From the NCBI RefSeq assembly GCF_018977255.1, contig NW_024704743.1, positions 65,784,001-65,848,000 of the forward strand: a DNA stretch of 64,000 nucleotides. Direction: 5' to 3'. The position numbers were made by a program, and so were the translations under genes. The notes under the pieces are model-generated. The model saw nothing but the letters and a program-made list of their open reading frames with translations, was not told where the DNA came from and made no database searches. Source of the stretch: Callorhinchus milii. Its lineage: Eukaryota. Positions 11,905 through 25,297 of the stretch are shown here, piece after piece (positions within the stretch are counted from its first letter, which is position 1; each line of letters begins with the position of its first letter).

Positions 11905-12140
11905 ATAGAATCATAGCAATGAACAGAAGGAGGCAATTTGGCTCATTGAGTCTTGAACACCAGCTCTTAGAGCAAGGTGTTCATTCAATACCACTGTTCT
12001 GCCTCATCGTTATACACTTTCTGTTATATACTGATCTACTTCCCTTTTGAAACCCATTTTAGATTTTGTCTCTACCACCTCACTTGGCAAGGCATTCCAC
12101 ATCTTAACAACTCCCTGAGTGAAAAAGTAGTTTAGAAACT
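11905..12140 (-). mobile_element. Old CR1 3' end
   Basis: ATAGAATCATAG tail in reverse; GGCATTCCACATC..ACTCCCTGAGTGAAAAA corresponds to FFTQ.V...W. Confidence 0.7.
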
Positions 12141-13184
12141 CAGCCTACAAGTAATAAAGAAGCTATAAAACATTGACAATGGTAAAGCCAAAAATAATCT
12201 TGAGAAGGCAAGTGGCGATAGATGAATTGCATACTGGCAAATTACTGAAAATCTATTTTTAAGAAACTCGCCATTCGGAAAATAACTTTCCAGGATGGCA
12301 AAGACAGCATGTCCTCAGCTATTGTTTGTGGTTCTGCTTGGAGCTGCACGGGATGCACTAAATCAAACTTGGATCTTAAGAGTGATGTCAGACTTTCCTT
12401 AAGCATATTTGGAATAATTTGGCTGTCAATGGATGTATCACTATTTGTGTGCTGGACTTGTGGAATGAGATTGAATGTACCCCAACATCTGCTGATCAAA
12501 ATGTTGCTACATGAAATGACATGATCCTCCAGGACGCCGATTTATATTCATTGACCCTGCAAGTGTGACAGTCCTTGAAAGGCAGATAGTGTTTGGAATA
12601 ACTTTGTTTGTTGCTACCATCTTTAGACCACCCCCTACTGCATTAAGCAGCTCAATTGTTCTGTATGAGCAGAGGCAACAATAACAACAAAATTATATTT
12701 GTATAGCGCCTTTCACGTCGGGAGGACGTCCCAAGGCGCTGGATAGGTGCCCTACTTCACCAGTACCAGTCAAGATGTGTCAGCATCCATTGGAAGTATT
12801 ATAGCATTATTGAATCAGAAGGTTGTGGATTTAAGCCCCAAGTTTGAACTTTGTAGGCAATATTGGCAGCCAATTTGCACACAGTAATGTCACACAAACA
12901 GCCATGAATTAAATGAGCAATGTTAATTGTGGATTGTTGGCCAGGACACCAGGAGAAACTTCCTTCTCTTTTCAAAATTATTATTATTATTATTATTATT
13001 ATAAATAGAGCCGTGGGATCTTTAACATCCACCTGAACAGGCAGATGAGAACTTGGTTAAACATTTCTAACAATGTGGCAAACCTCCTACCACTGCATTG
13101 GAGTGTTAGTCTAGACCAAGGTGGTCCAATCATTTGGCTGCTGTGGACCAGATAAGCAATATTTTGTGATTCCCTTTCAGAAAC

Positions 13185-13570
13185 ATAACAACATTGACAC
13201 AGCACCTTTTTCATGTTGGAAGGACATCTCAAAGCACTCAACACTGTCAGCTGGGCACCTGAGCTGGGGCTGTGAGCTGAGACAAAGGAGGTGGGATGGG
13301 GAGGGAAAAGATGACCAAAAGCTGGTCAAAGAGTTAGGTCTTGATGCGCTTTGAAAGTGGTTGGTGTGGGGGGCGGGCAGGGGTGCGAGTTGGAGGGACT
13401 CCAGGAAGGGAACTCCAGAGAGCAGGGGCAAAATGACAATGGTGGGGCAGTTGGGTTGGGGATAGCATGAAGCAAGCTGGTGTTTGCTGGGCAAAAGGTA
13501 CCACTGGGTTGGGAGGTTACAGAGGCAGGGGAGGAGGAATGAAGGATGTAGAGAAGTTTTTTACTGGGGA
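13185..13570 (-). mobile_element. Old L2 3' fragment
   Basis: L2 tail plus G-rich reverse body similar to 40215-40645. Confidence 0.65.
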
Positions 13571-14479
13571 AAGAGAGCTTTCTGTGAAGAAACTTCACAG
13601 CACTGTTCTCCCCCCTGCCCCCTCCCTCTTTCCCTTCCTTTCCCCCCCCTCCCCCTTCCTTTCCACCCTACACCTCCCTCTCTCCCCCAACTGGAATGTT
13701 GGAAATGGTCTCAGGCTGGAGTACATCACCCGCCAGGCTGGATGTGGCCCTCTGGCTACTCGTTGGACCACGCTGGTGTAGACTATATGAATTTAAAATC
13801 CTAACGGATAATTAAAGCCCATTATTTCAAATTTTCCATTGCTTGACCCCACAACCTTTTGATTCAGAGGCGAAAGTGCCACGAACTGAGACAGGCTGGC
13901 ACAATTTCCTTTCTTTTCTCCAAAACCAACTTGTCTATCTTTATACATTTGCATATCTGTCCTCACAATTAAGATTCCTGTGTCCTAGAAACATTCTTAG
14001 CACTTTTCTCTGAAAACTCTCCAGTATACAGCAATACATTTTTAAAGGTTAGCTGCCCAAAAATGAATACAGTATTTAATCAGTAGTCTGCAATGTTAGA
14101 ATAGCTTATTTTGAATTTAAATCAAATTCTCTTGAGATATATCTACATATATCTATATATATATTTATCGATTAAGTTCTCAAAGAGTTCATAAACTTGC
14201 AAAAAAGTACTTTTGTATTTAATATGCTTCAGCGATTTTGCTGAATGAGAAAATGAAGAAGTAGTGGTACTAAATGATAGCATACTGTTTTGCCTGAGGG
14301 AATAGAACCATGAAATGTACAATAGAAATAACAGTCTTTATGGTACGGTAATTCTCAATAGATTTCATATTGTGGCTCAAGAGAAGTTTTTGCTACCCAC
14401 TATTTACTTAGCAAGGACTCCAACTTCCACTTGTCAAATCTCTAGTGACCTGCGAATGGCTATCCTACTTGGGTGAATG

Positions 14480-14775
14480 AATGCAGGATCTCTTTGGAGC
14501 TGAGTTGGCTCCAAGGTAAAACATCCAGTAATGCAAGGGTCAATCCTCTGTGTGGTTTCAGTAATCTGAAATGTGAGCCAGGTAGACCTGCAATACTCCA
14601 AGGTACTGTTGATAATGAACCAGCCAGCTGAGATGTTGGTAGGACATGGAGGGAAGATTGGTCATTGGAGGCAGGGATTCTTCTATCTTGGCTTCTGTTA
14701 ACCCTGTAGGCCAAAGAAAACACAAATGAATAGGGTGGTCCTAGCTGGACAACAGGAGGAAGCTTCCCAAACTGT
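14480..14775 (+). mobile_element. Family X head-side fragment
   Basis: TTGGAGCTGAGTTGGCTCCAAGGT...CTGTTAACCCTGTAGGCCAAAG is the reverse complement of 60480-60730. Confidence 0.7.
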
Positions 14776-15084
14776 CAATATTCATCCTCAATGCTGCTAA
14801 TATGTTTTTCAGCTACTTTAAATGTTTTATGTTTTCAAAAGAAAGACCAGCGGCTTCATAACATTTAAAACTAGTTCATGTATCACATAAATAATTCTTG
14901 CATTTGATATTGTCCTCGTAACTTTAAACCATCTTGATGTGCATCACATGTAATTGCAATCAACGAGAGTAACTGTTTAAATGCAACAGTAGATTTGCAT
15001 CACAAATCTCCCAACAGCATAGATATGTAGTGCATGACCAAATGTATTTGGAGGATTGTTGGCCAGGATACCAGGAGAAATGCT

Positions 15085-15440
15085 CTTCTCCCTACCAACC
15101 TGCCTGTTCCCTCCGTTCTGCGGGCTCCAGCCTGCTCCATATCTCCCGCCCGACCTGCCCTACCATCGGTGGCCAGGCTTTCAGCCTCTCTGCCCCCACA
15201 CTCTGGAACTCCATCCCAAAGTGCCTTCTCCTCGTTTCCTCCCTTGCCTCCTTCACAGCCGGTCTCAAGATTCTCCTCTTCGATCGTGCCTTCAGTTGCC
15301 TTCCCACCACTCTGCTTTCCCTCACCCCTACCCCACCTTTCCCCAGTGCATAGGTCCTGACCCCTGACTGTCCAGCATCTTCGGACATCCTCCCGACATG
15401 AAAGGTGCTCTATAAATATAATTTTGTTGTTGTTGTTGTG
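15085..15440 (+). mobile_element. L2 LINE 3' end nested in a minus-strand Deu-SINE (about 14890-15600)
   Basis: YQPACSLRSAGSSLLH...AFSLSAPTLWNSIP (L2 ORF2 C-terminus), (TTG)n tail. Confidence 0.88.
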
Positions 15441-16546
15441 CTGAAGAGTTTTATGGTATATTTAATAAGGAAACAACACTTTGGATCAATGTCTTATCGA
15501 AAGGATGGACCATCTGCAAGGCAATGCTCCCCCAAGCACTGGACTGTCAACTTGAACTTACTTGAGTGATCCCAGCTCACCCAGGCTGACACCAATATTT
15601 TACAAATTCCACCACAAAGCAACAATTGAACAAAACGTTTTTTGATCTCGAGAGCAAAGCATGTAAACTGAACGGTTTTCTCCCAGCATATTGCTTTCCA
15701 TTTTTAAATCACAAAATTTAATTACGTATGAATACTATTCTTTTTCCTGTCACATGAGCTAACAATGGGGTTGAGAAAGCCATCTCTCCTGACACTTATA
15801 AATGACTCAGAATTGCTAATAGAAAATCTTTTCCTTAACTGTAAAATGCAAAAACCTGGCAGGATTCTGTGTTACTGACAGAGTGGCTACTGTATTAGAA
15901 AATTCCGTCTGAACCAACACTTTCGACTCTTAATGTGGTATTCAGTTTTGAGATGTAGCGTTACTCCTTTCAATACTGAGCCTATTGCACAAAGATTGTC
16001 AAGTTTAGATGTAAAATGATCTGCTAAGGATTACTGGGATCTAGATGAAGAAAGAAAGGTTAAAGCTACTTGCTATTTTTAATAGCTGTGATCTACACAG
16101 GTTAAACTTCGGATTCTGGAGATAAAGAGCGCAAAGAGCCCACCTTTATCAGAAGCAGATAATGCAGTTAATGTCTTTCCAGAAACTTGTTTAGGAAATG
16201 TAGAGCAACCATTCTAGAAACACCACAACAGTTTTAAGGGATTGAATTAATGCTATTTGAATTTATGGATTGAGAGCAACATTTAACTATTGATTACCGT
16301 GGTTAAAAATATGTGTACAGACAACATGTAACATATTGTATCAAAATGAGACTAGCACCAATCTTTCTTCCAATGTTAACCCATCTTGTCCTCATTTCCA
16401 CATGCTTTGTGTGTTGAGTTTAGGTTTCAGTTCCTTCAAAGACCATTTGTATCATTTCCACCTCTCAGCTGATCATTTGGAATCAATGATTGTTTCTTGT
16501 AAATGGAGATCATTTGTACAAGACATACCAGACATAATTGATTGAA

Positions 16547-16870
16547 AATAATAATAATAATAATAATCCTTGCATTTGATATAGCGCTTTTCACGTCTTC
16601 TAGATGTCTCAAAGCACTTCATAGAATATGCTGTAAAGTGAATTGACTGTATACTTGTGGGCGAAACGCGGCAGCCAATTGCGCACAGCAGTGTCTCACA
16701 AACATCCGTGGATTGAAAATGACCGATTTATTATTGTTTCATTTTTTTGGAGGGATTATTATCAGGCATGTGGAGTAAGGAAACTTGTCCAAGGTTTTGC
16801 CCTGCCTGGAATTGAACCCAGGTGTCTCGGTTTCAAGGCGAGTGCTCTAATCCCTGAGCTACAGGACTCC
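16547..16870 (-). mobile_element. tRNA-SINE short subtype, full length
   Basis: As 10722-11047. Confidence 0.92.
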
Positions 16871-16897
16871 AGAATATAAGTGTAGTAAAAGTTATTT

Positions 16898-17362
16898 TCT
16901 TCATCTCCCCCACTCTCGCCCGACTCCATTGGCTCCTTATCCTTCAGAGGATCCAGTTCAAGATCCTGGTCCTCATCTTCAAAGCCCTCCATGGCCTCAC
17001 CCCATCCTACCTCTATGACCTCCTAACACCCTACCAACACACCCGCTCCCTCTGCTCAGCCGGCTCTGGCCTGCTCCACGTCCCCTGACCCACCTGCCCC
17101 ACCATTGGTGGGAGAGCCTTCAGCCACTCTGCCCCCAACCTCTGAAATTCCATCCCCCAATCATTCCACCTCACCCCCTCCTTAGCCTCCCTCAAGTCCC
17201 ACCTCAAGACCCTCCTCTTCGACCATGCCATCAGCCACCCCCTTCCCCTCCCCTCCCTTCTCCCCCTGACCCCAGCTCGGGTCTGAAATGTTGTACTCTG
17301 TCCAGAGCCTTGGGACGTCCTCATGATGTGAAAGGCGCTGTACAAATGTAATCTTGTTGTTT
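16898..17362 (+). mobile_element. L2 LINE 3' end
   Basis: LHWL...RIQFKILVLIFKALHGLTPSYL motif; tail GTGAAAGGCGCTGTACAAATGT. Confidence 0.9.
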
Positions 17363-19934
17363 TCTTGGGTTAACAGATAATACAATGAATCTTCCAGGTT
17401 TTTGATTTTATCCAACATCTGACTGCAGACAGCAGTGGGGAAAGGCAATATATGGTGTCATGTAAAGTGAAAAAGGGAAGTGATGGATCTCTGGGGATTC
17501 ACCACTCAGCACACTTTGGAGAACTTGTTCCTGTGCAGCTGGAGAGAACAATGACGAAGGAATGGTTTTAACACTTGCAATGTATTACTGCTGTTCAGGA
17601 CTTGATATTTTTTTTTGTCAATATACATGGGTTGTCAATATAAACAGGTTTGAAATAAGTGGTAGCACTGCATATCGTTACTCCAAGGGAAAAAAGTTCA
17701 GGTGACTCTATATCTATGTAGGCATGAGGCCTCCGGGGTCGTAAGGGCCACTGTTGCCGAATATGCATCAACACCACATACTGCGCTTGCATCCATATTG
17801 AAAGGTCTAGTGATAGTAAATCTGTTATCAGTCAACGTCCAGGTGAACCTTGAGGCCAGAAGTGATAAGGCGCTAAATCAAATACGAGGATTGTTATATT
17901 ATTATTTGATAATAAATATAAAACAGTTTGTTTTAACTTGGTGTGTTGGAGAGACCATGTGGGAAATTAGCCATCCTACTACCAAAAGATATTTCAGAAG
18001 CTGCTTTTTCCCCAATTTGGCATAATCAGGAGAACTAGCTATCTTGGCTTCCTTCCCTAAACTATGTTGCCGTGTTGTACCCATTATTTGTTTCTGTATT
18101 TTTTGTTGAATACCATTTGGCCCCAAGTAAGCACCTTCACAATTTGGCATTTGAAGCACAACACTCGATTAAGATTTGGTAAAAACAATTTGCATTTCTA
18201 TAGCGCCCCTTATGTAGGATAGCGTCTCAGAGCTTGAAGGTCAGGTATTGTGTATTTGGGATATTTTAATGGGATAACGCATAAATTTCTCATGACATTT
18301 GCCCGGTAGTTGGGGAAAATGGGATGGGGAGCCAGAAGAATTGACAGTAATTGTACAGGGGCTTAGTTACAGGAACAATGGCTCACATGTTATTTCATTG
18401 TGATTAGGATTTCTTTGATATATCATGACACAATTATTAACAGCTAATGAACAATACTTTTTATCATAATATTCTTATATATGTACGTTATTAAATAATC
18501 TTTAAATATAAAACAATATAAAAAGGTGTCTTGAACAGGTTGCAGGTAATTCAAGCACCAAAGGTTAATTGCAACCTTTCTTATAATTACAAGGCCCTGG
18601 ATCAATCACAGATTTTGCAGGCAGCCCATCAAAGAGACTGCTACTGGGAAAACATTACAATCCTGCCTAGTAAGAGAAATGTGCTCTCTGCATTTAAATT
18701 CTGTCTTAGTTACCTCTGCCAAGCACCTTGAGTATTTTGGACCAAAGCTGGCATTGTATACATTTTTGCTGCAATTTGGATTAATTTTATTGAATTCTTT
18801 GTTGAGATCTGGCAACACAAAATAGGCCAGCAGGAAGATAGATGCATTTTTTCACAGAGTAATTAATACAAGTTTTAAAATGCTTCCAATAGGATTAAAG
18901 CTTCTTTGTCTGTCAGCAACTTGTCCCACTAAATTGCTCTAGTTTACAATGTGGTACGTTTTACTTTGAGAAGATCCAAGTTGGTTGGCACGTGAACTTT
19001 ATAACAGGATGGAAACTTAGGATAAAGAACAAGCTTTCCAAATTGGATCAAAGACATTGCTTTTTTTTAAAAAAAGGAGTTAAGCATTTAAAACCACAGC
19101 AATTGCATAGCAACTTGCCTTTATTGACAGTTGATGAACGGCAAGCATCTCAAAAGTTTAAATATTTTGTGGAGAGAAAATATATCTAATAGAGATTTCT
19201 GTTGCTGAAAGTAATAGACCATTGTGCTTTGTTCTCTGTTTTCTGAATTCTTACCTGTAGGTCCACCTGGCTCTTGTATTAAATTCCAGGCAAAAGCAGA
19301 CTAGCAATTTGTCAATTTTCAAAAAATGTTCAGACCCACAGACATTTGCCTTGCACTATTTTTGTTCCAGCATTTTCATTACTGCACAAAATATAACTTT
19401 ATTATTCATTTTTTGGGGGGTGAATAGTACTGAGGACTGTCAGTTCTGGGGAGTGGAACACATTTTTCCATTTTTGGCACTCAGCATTGAATGCTCCCAG
19501 GTGTGGTGTAGTTTGATCCAGATATTGACTGAAGCTCCTTCACTCTGCTCCAACAATGTGCCTTAACCCCAGCCTCAGAAGAGCATTCAGTGACTGGTGT
19601 GAAATGTTTCATTTCCCACACCTGCCATACTTGCAGCCTCTGTGGATTTGCGAGTGATATTGCCAATTTTGTTCTGAAGTATGGGAAGTTATGTGCTGTA
19701 GAAACACATACAAGCACAAGGAATTGAGTTGAGATAATTGTTTTCTTTGGATTTCAGAGGAAAACTCCCTATTTTTTCCTCTTTTTGTGGTTTCTTGTAA
19801 CTATTCACCAACTATGGCTATGAAGAAGAGTGAATGAGCTTCTCCCAAGCCTCTGTCATAGCTGCTTGAAAGTTTGAGAGATTGGGTTTGGAGAATACTG
19901 TCCTTAGCACTCTCCCTATGAGCCCTGTGGTTTT

Positions 19935-20030
19935 TAATAATAATAATACTATTAATCCTTGCATTTGATATAGTGCTTTTCACGTCTTCTAGACGTCTCA
20001 AAGCGCTTCACAGAATAAACTGTAAAGTGA
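19935..20030 (-). mobile_element. tRNA-SINE 3' tail only, abutting an L2 body
   Basis: ATCCTTGCATTTGATATAGTGCTTTTCACGTC...CTGTAAAGTGA. Confidence 0.85.
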
Positions 20031-22610
20031 GAGCCTGAGGTTTGGAGGTGCTGACGGGAGTCAATCATTGGTCTTGTTGACGTTCAACTGAAGAAAGTTA
20101 GCTATCATCAAGTGCTTGATGTCTGACAGACAATCTGTCAGGACAGCAGTGGTCCTGGAGTCAAGGGCGGAGGCAAAGAGATACAGTTGGGTGTCATCTG
20201 CATACACGTGGAAGTTGATCCCATGTCTGCGGATGATGTCATCAAGAGAAAGCATATAGACATTGAAAAGGAGGGAACCAAGGACAGAGTCCTGAGGAAC
20301 GCCGCACGAGATGCTGAGGGGGCTAGAGGAGAAGCCATTTGTGGAGATGAAGTGCAGGCGGTGTGAGAGGTACGATCTGAACCAGTCAAGGTCACAGCCG
20401 TGTTGAGGTGAGAGGAGAGACAGTGGATCAGGATAAAGTGGTGAACAGTGTCGAAGGCAGCAGAGAGGTCAAAAAGGATGAGGAGACAAAGGGAGTCCTG
20501 GTCACAGATGGACAGAATGTCATTTGCCACTTTGACCAGAGCTGCTTCTGTGCTGTGGGCAGCATAGAAACCCGATCAGTGGGGTTCGTGAAGGGAGTGG
20601 CGGGAGAGGAAGGAGCGAAGCTGGGATGCAATGACTTGTTCCAGGACCTTGGAGAGGAAAGGAAAGTTGGAGATGGGGCGGTAGTTTGACAGCAGGAATG
20701 GGTCCAGGGAAGGTTTTTTAAGGATAGGAGTGATGACGGCTGTTTTTAAGGAGGTGGAAATGGTACCAGTGGACAGGGAGAGGTTTATAATGTCTGTGAT
20801 TAGAGGGGCAAGGAGGTGGAGCTGAGAGGTAAGAAGAGGTTAGGGAATGGGGTCAATGGAGCAGGTGGTCGGTTTCATGCGGGTTATTGTGGTGGTGAGA
20901 GAGGATTGGGAGGCAGGTTCGAAGGTGTGAAAGGAGGGATGGGTAGAAGCCAGGGTGTGAGTGGGAGACAGAGAGAGTGTAGTAGATGGAAGGGCAATGT
21001 CAGCTGAGCGGATCCCCTTGACTTTGGATTTGAGGAAGTCCAGCATCGCCCTGCATTTGACGTTGGAGGTGAGGTTGGGCGAGGCATGAGATAGTGGGCG
21101 GAGAAGCCGGTTGGTGATGGAGAAGAGGAGCCTGGAGTTATCCTTGGCCTCCAAGATTGTCTTGGAGTAGAACGATGATTTAGCGGAGGTGAGGGCAGAG
21201 CGGTAAGATTTGATAAAGTCCAGCCAGATCTGCCAATGGACTGTTAAGTTTGATTTAAGCCCGGTGCGTTCAGCATCTGTGCTTTAAGGGAGCAGAGGTG
21301 GTTGGTGTACCATGGTGACTTTCACGAGTAGGAGACAATTTGGGATATAAGGGGAGCAAGGGAATTGAGAGTGGTGGAGAGGGAGCTGTGGAGAAGAGTG
21401 ACTGAGGAGGATAGGTCATTGCAGGAAGAAGCCCAGAGGGGAAGGAGTTCAGATGACTCCAGGGCAGCAGAGAGGAAATGGGGGGAAGATTTTTTCCAGG
21501 GGCGGTAGGAGATGCAGGTGGGTTGGGTGGTGGTGGGGAAAGGGATTGAGGTGTTAAAGGAGATGAAGTGATGGTCCAAGATGGCTTTGTCGGTGATGGT
21601 GTGGTCTGAGATGGTGAAGCCCCGAGTGATCACCAGGTCGAAGGGGTGACTGCGGGCATGGGTGGTGGAGTGGGTGTGGCTGAAGAGGTTTAGGGAGGAG
21701 ATGAGGGAGAAGTCAGTAGAGGTGGAACAGGAGGGGGTGAAGTTAAGTTTGAAGTCACTTAGGATGAGGAGGCATTTGGAGCAGAGGGAGTGGGAAGATA
21801 GGGGGTGGATGTGTTGGGGAGGAAGATGGGGGAGGGCTTGGGGGGGTGATAGAGAATGAGAATTTTGAGGGAAAGGTTGGAGGGGTGATAAAGTGTAAGG
21901 TGCTCAAAGGAGTAAGGGGACAGGCCGAGCGGGGACCGGGAGATGAGAGCCACCCTGCCACCACAGCGGTTAGGTCGAGGGGTATAGTGGAAGGTATAGC
22001 CAGTTGGTGTGGCCTCTGTCAGGGGGAAGGTGTCGCCTGGAGTGACCCAGATTTCAGTGAGGGAGAGAATGTTGATGTTTTCATCGACAGTAGGTCTTGG
22101 ATAGTGAGTGTTTAATTGGAGAGGTAGCAGACATTTTGTAGGCCAATACGGAGAGGACAGTTGATGGCGGAATGTGGGTGATGAGGGTGGGGAGGGGTAG
22201 GACTGACAGGGAGAGTGGGGATTTGGATGAGGGAGGAGAGGTTGATCCCCGTGGTCAAGGACCGATGGGCCTTGTGGCTAGAATGGGGGATACGGCAGTC
22301 AGAGTGGCTGCTGTTGGCCAGCCAGCACCGTCTGCCATGGTGGACCCGACGGAGGATTCAAGGCTGGAGCAGAGGGAGGCTGTGGGATGGTCGAGCATGG
22401 ATAAGAGTCAGGAAGGACTGTGGGAGAGGAAAACTGAGCAGGAGTAATGGAGGGTAGAGGACAGGGGTGGGAGCATTTTGGGGAAGCAGCTCGGGTCTTT
22501 GGCAGCAGCCAAAATGTGCACACCAAGACTAAGAGTGAACAGTTGGGCGGGGGAGGGGGGGGTCTGCGTGGCATGGTTAGCCCGCTGGTGAGGATCATCA
22601 TGGGGAGAGG
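20031..22610 (-). mobile_element. L2 LINE, about 2.6 kb degenerate ORF2 (AP endonuclease + RT), own 3' end absent
   Basis: APE-like [41 protein letters not shown] and YADDTQLY; frameshifted. Confidence 0.92.
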
Positions 22611-22616
22611 GCGACA

Positions 22617-22974
22617 ATGTAGCTAATTGGTTAGAGCACTTGCCTCGCAAGCATGAGACCTGGGTTCAATTCCCGGAAGGGCAAAATGTTGGGCAAGTTT
22701 CCTTGCTCCACATGCCTCTGTTTACCTAGCAGTAAATAGGAATCTGGTTGTTAGTCAACTGATGGATTGCTTTTCCGGGGATAATAATTCCTTCAAAAGA
22801 AAATAATTGTTCACTCAATCCACGACTGTTTGTGGGACACTGCTATGCGTAATTGGCTGCTGCATTTCACCCACAAAATATACAGTCAATTCACTTCACA
22901 GTATATTTTGTGAAGTGCTTTGAGACGTCTCAAAGACGTGATAAGCCGTTATATCAAACGCAAGGATTATTATT
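22617..22974 (+). mobile_element. tRNA-SINE long subtype, full length
   Basis: TGTAGCTAATTGGTTAGAGC...GGTTCAATTCC...GGGCAAGTTTCC...CAAGGATTATTATT. Confidence 0.9.
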
Positions 22975-23712
22975 GTAGTAAGATTTGGAAAAACAGGGTT
23001 AGAAATCGATTATTGGCTCTGAGACTGCGATTCGTTACAGCAGTCTGAAAGTAGAGAATTCTTGTTATTCGATGTTTGAATGTGATAAAATTACCAGTTG
23101 AAGAGATACAGCTACACTCCTGATATTATCATACTATATTATAAATTTTACGTTATATCGGAGTGCATTAAAACCTTTTTATTTGACATTATTTATCAAA
23201 ACACCTCTATAAAACCAAGCCCCTGCCCAGCAAAAGGTCATGAACTTGCCATTTTATTGCTGAAAAGACCAGCCTAAATATGTCTATGGTGAATTAAACC
23301 TTTCCCAGAGGTACTCTGAGAAAGCTGATACATTCCAAAAGCTATCCAACAAGTTTTACTATTTGTGACTGGAAGAATAATACTGCATAAATATGGTGCA
23401 CTTTGGATAACAATCTGTAGACTGGATAGAAGCAAGCACATCCTCTTTACGTCAGCACTGACTTCTGAAGAATGGAAACACCAGTTTGTATGCATTTCAC
23501 ATCCTTATTTTTCTGTGACATTTAAGAGGTTTGGCAAAGATCCATGGATACAATACCAAAAACGCCTCAGCAACACATGTGTCTGTTCCTTTGTATCCTG
23601 ATGAGCAGATGCAATTCCTGACATAATGAAACCTTTGCCATTTTTTAGTTAAATTCCTGTAAGGTCAAACGGGATATGTGTTCTCTTCCCCCTCCACCCC
23701 CCACCCATTCAG

Positions 23713-23822
23713 AAAATATTTCTTAGGGATAATTTATTCTGAGACTCAGGAAAAGATTAACAGTTTCATAAACATTGATGCATTGAGAAAGTCTTTAGGA
23801 AATGAACAATTCCCACTCAATG
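23713..23822 (+). CDS. Candidate 110-nt internal coding exon (phase 2->1), KYFLGIIYSETQEKINSFINIDALRKSLGNEQFPLN; host gene unidentified
   Basis: Pyrimidine tract plus TTCAG acceptor, consensus ATG|GTAAGT donor, only one open frame, non-repetitive, protein-like composition. Confidence 0.65.
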
Positions 23823-24554
23823 GTAAGTGTGTGAGTCTGTTTATCCACAGAATAATTGCACGTTTTGAGGTTTATTTGTTTTTTTCTTTCATTATTAAGT
23901 GCAAAAAATTAGGTATCTTATTTCATGCAAATTTTGTTCAGCCTTTGAAAAAGTTTTTTTTTCCTTCCTCATAAATTCCACCAGGACCAAATTCCACTTG
24001 CTGCGTGAGAAACTTATCCCCAAGACACTGCTCTCAGCTAGTTGCTAGGAGACATAATGGAGAATGACGTGGATTGACTCATTTTTAGATCCCTCCTTCT
24101 TTGTGGGAAGATAGAGGAGAAATTCCACCTGGGTCTAGATGTGCTCTATTTTCTTAGCATTTCCAGAACTTGGCAAATTCTTAAATTCAAGCCTCATTTT
24201 GAGACTAGTTTTCTCTTTTTGGCTATGTTACAAATCGGGTGTTTATCTGTTTAGTATGATAGTGAGAACCGTAATGGTAGTGCTAATAAAACCGGTGACC
24301 TCTTCAGAATGAAGTTTCTCACAGTGTTCTGGCCAGCAATCCCCCATATAAATGTTGTCATTAATTTTATTGCTGCTTTTGGAACGTTTTGCACAAATTG
24401 GGTGTTACATTGGCCAACAAAATACACAGTCCTGTGAAATGCTTTGAGATGTCTTCCTGACATGAAAGGGGCTATATCAAAGGAAGAATTATTATTGTTA
24501 TTACTGTTTCTTTATCAAACTTTCTAATTAATTATATACCTGTATTCATTTTAA

Positions 24555-25265
24555 TGTGGAGTTGTTGTGGACAATTCGGATCATCGAGTCCACATTGGTT
24601 CACAGAGCGAAAAGATCAAGTCAATCCCACCTTCTCACCTTATCCTCATATCCCTTCAAGCTCCTCTTCTTCAGATACCTGTGTAAAGCTACAATGGACT
24701 CTGCCTCCACCACACTACTGCACATTCCAAAAACTCCCTGGATGAAAACATTCCTTCTAAGTACTCCTTTCGCTATTGTGATTATTTCTCCTAAGCACGG
24801 ATTATCCTGTCAATGGAAATAACTTCTCCCTATTTATCCTGTCTAAACCCTCATAATTTTGTATACCTCTATTCGGTCCCCTCTCAACCTTCTCTGCTCC
24901 AATGAAAACAGACTCAGCTTCTCCAATCTCTCCTCATAGCTGTTGCCCTTCATCCCCGGAATCATTCTCGTAAACCTCCTTTGCACCCTTCTAAGGCCTA
25001 ACATATTTCCTGAAGTGAGGTGCCCAAAACTGGATGCAAAACTTCAATTGTGGCATAACCAATGATTTATAGAAACTTGGCATTATTGCTATACTTTTGT
25101 ACTGTATGTTCTGTGAATAAAATCCTGTGTAATATTTGCTCTCTTTACAGCCTTTGCCACTCGTGATGCCACTTTCAATGACTTATGTACCTGCACTCCC
25201 AATCCTCAGTTCCTTGCAAAATGCTACAATCCAGTATATACTCACTTCTATCATTCATTCTACCA
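24555..25265 (-). mobile_element. Old CR1 3' fragment
   Basis: Reverse complement of the CR1 RT C-terminus (compare 34400-35050). Confidence 0.8.
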
Positions 25266-25297
25266 AAATTAATCAACTCACATTTTGTTTTCTTAAA

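Noticed and set aside
19255..19301. Minus-strand exon with CAG|GTAAGA donor
   Set aside because: No adequate acceptor tract and no partner exons.
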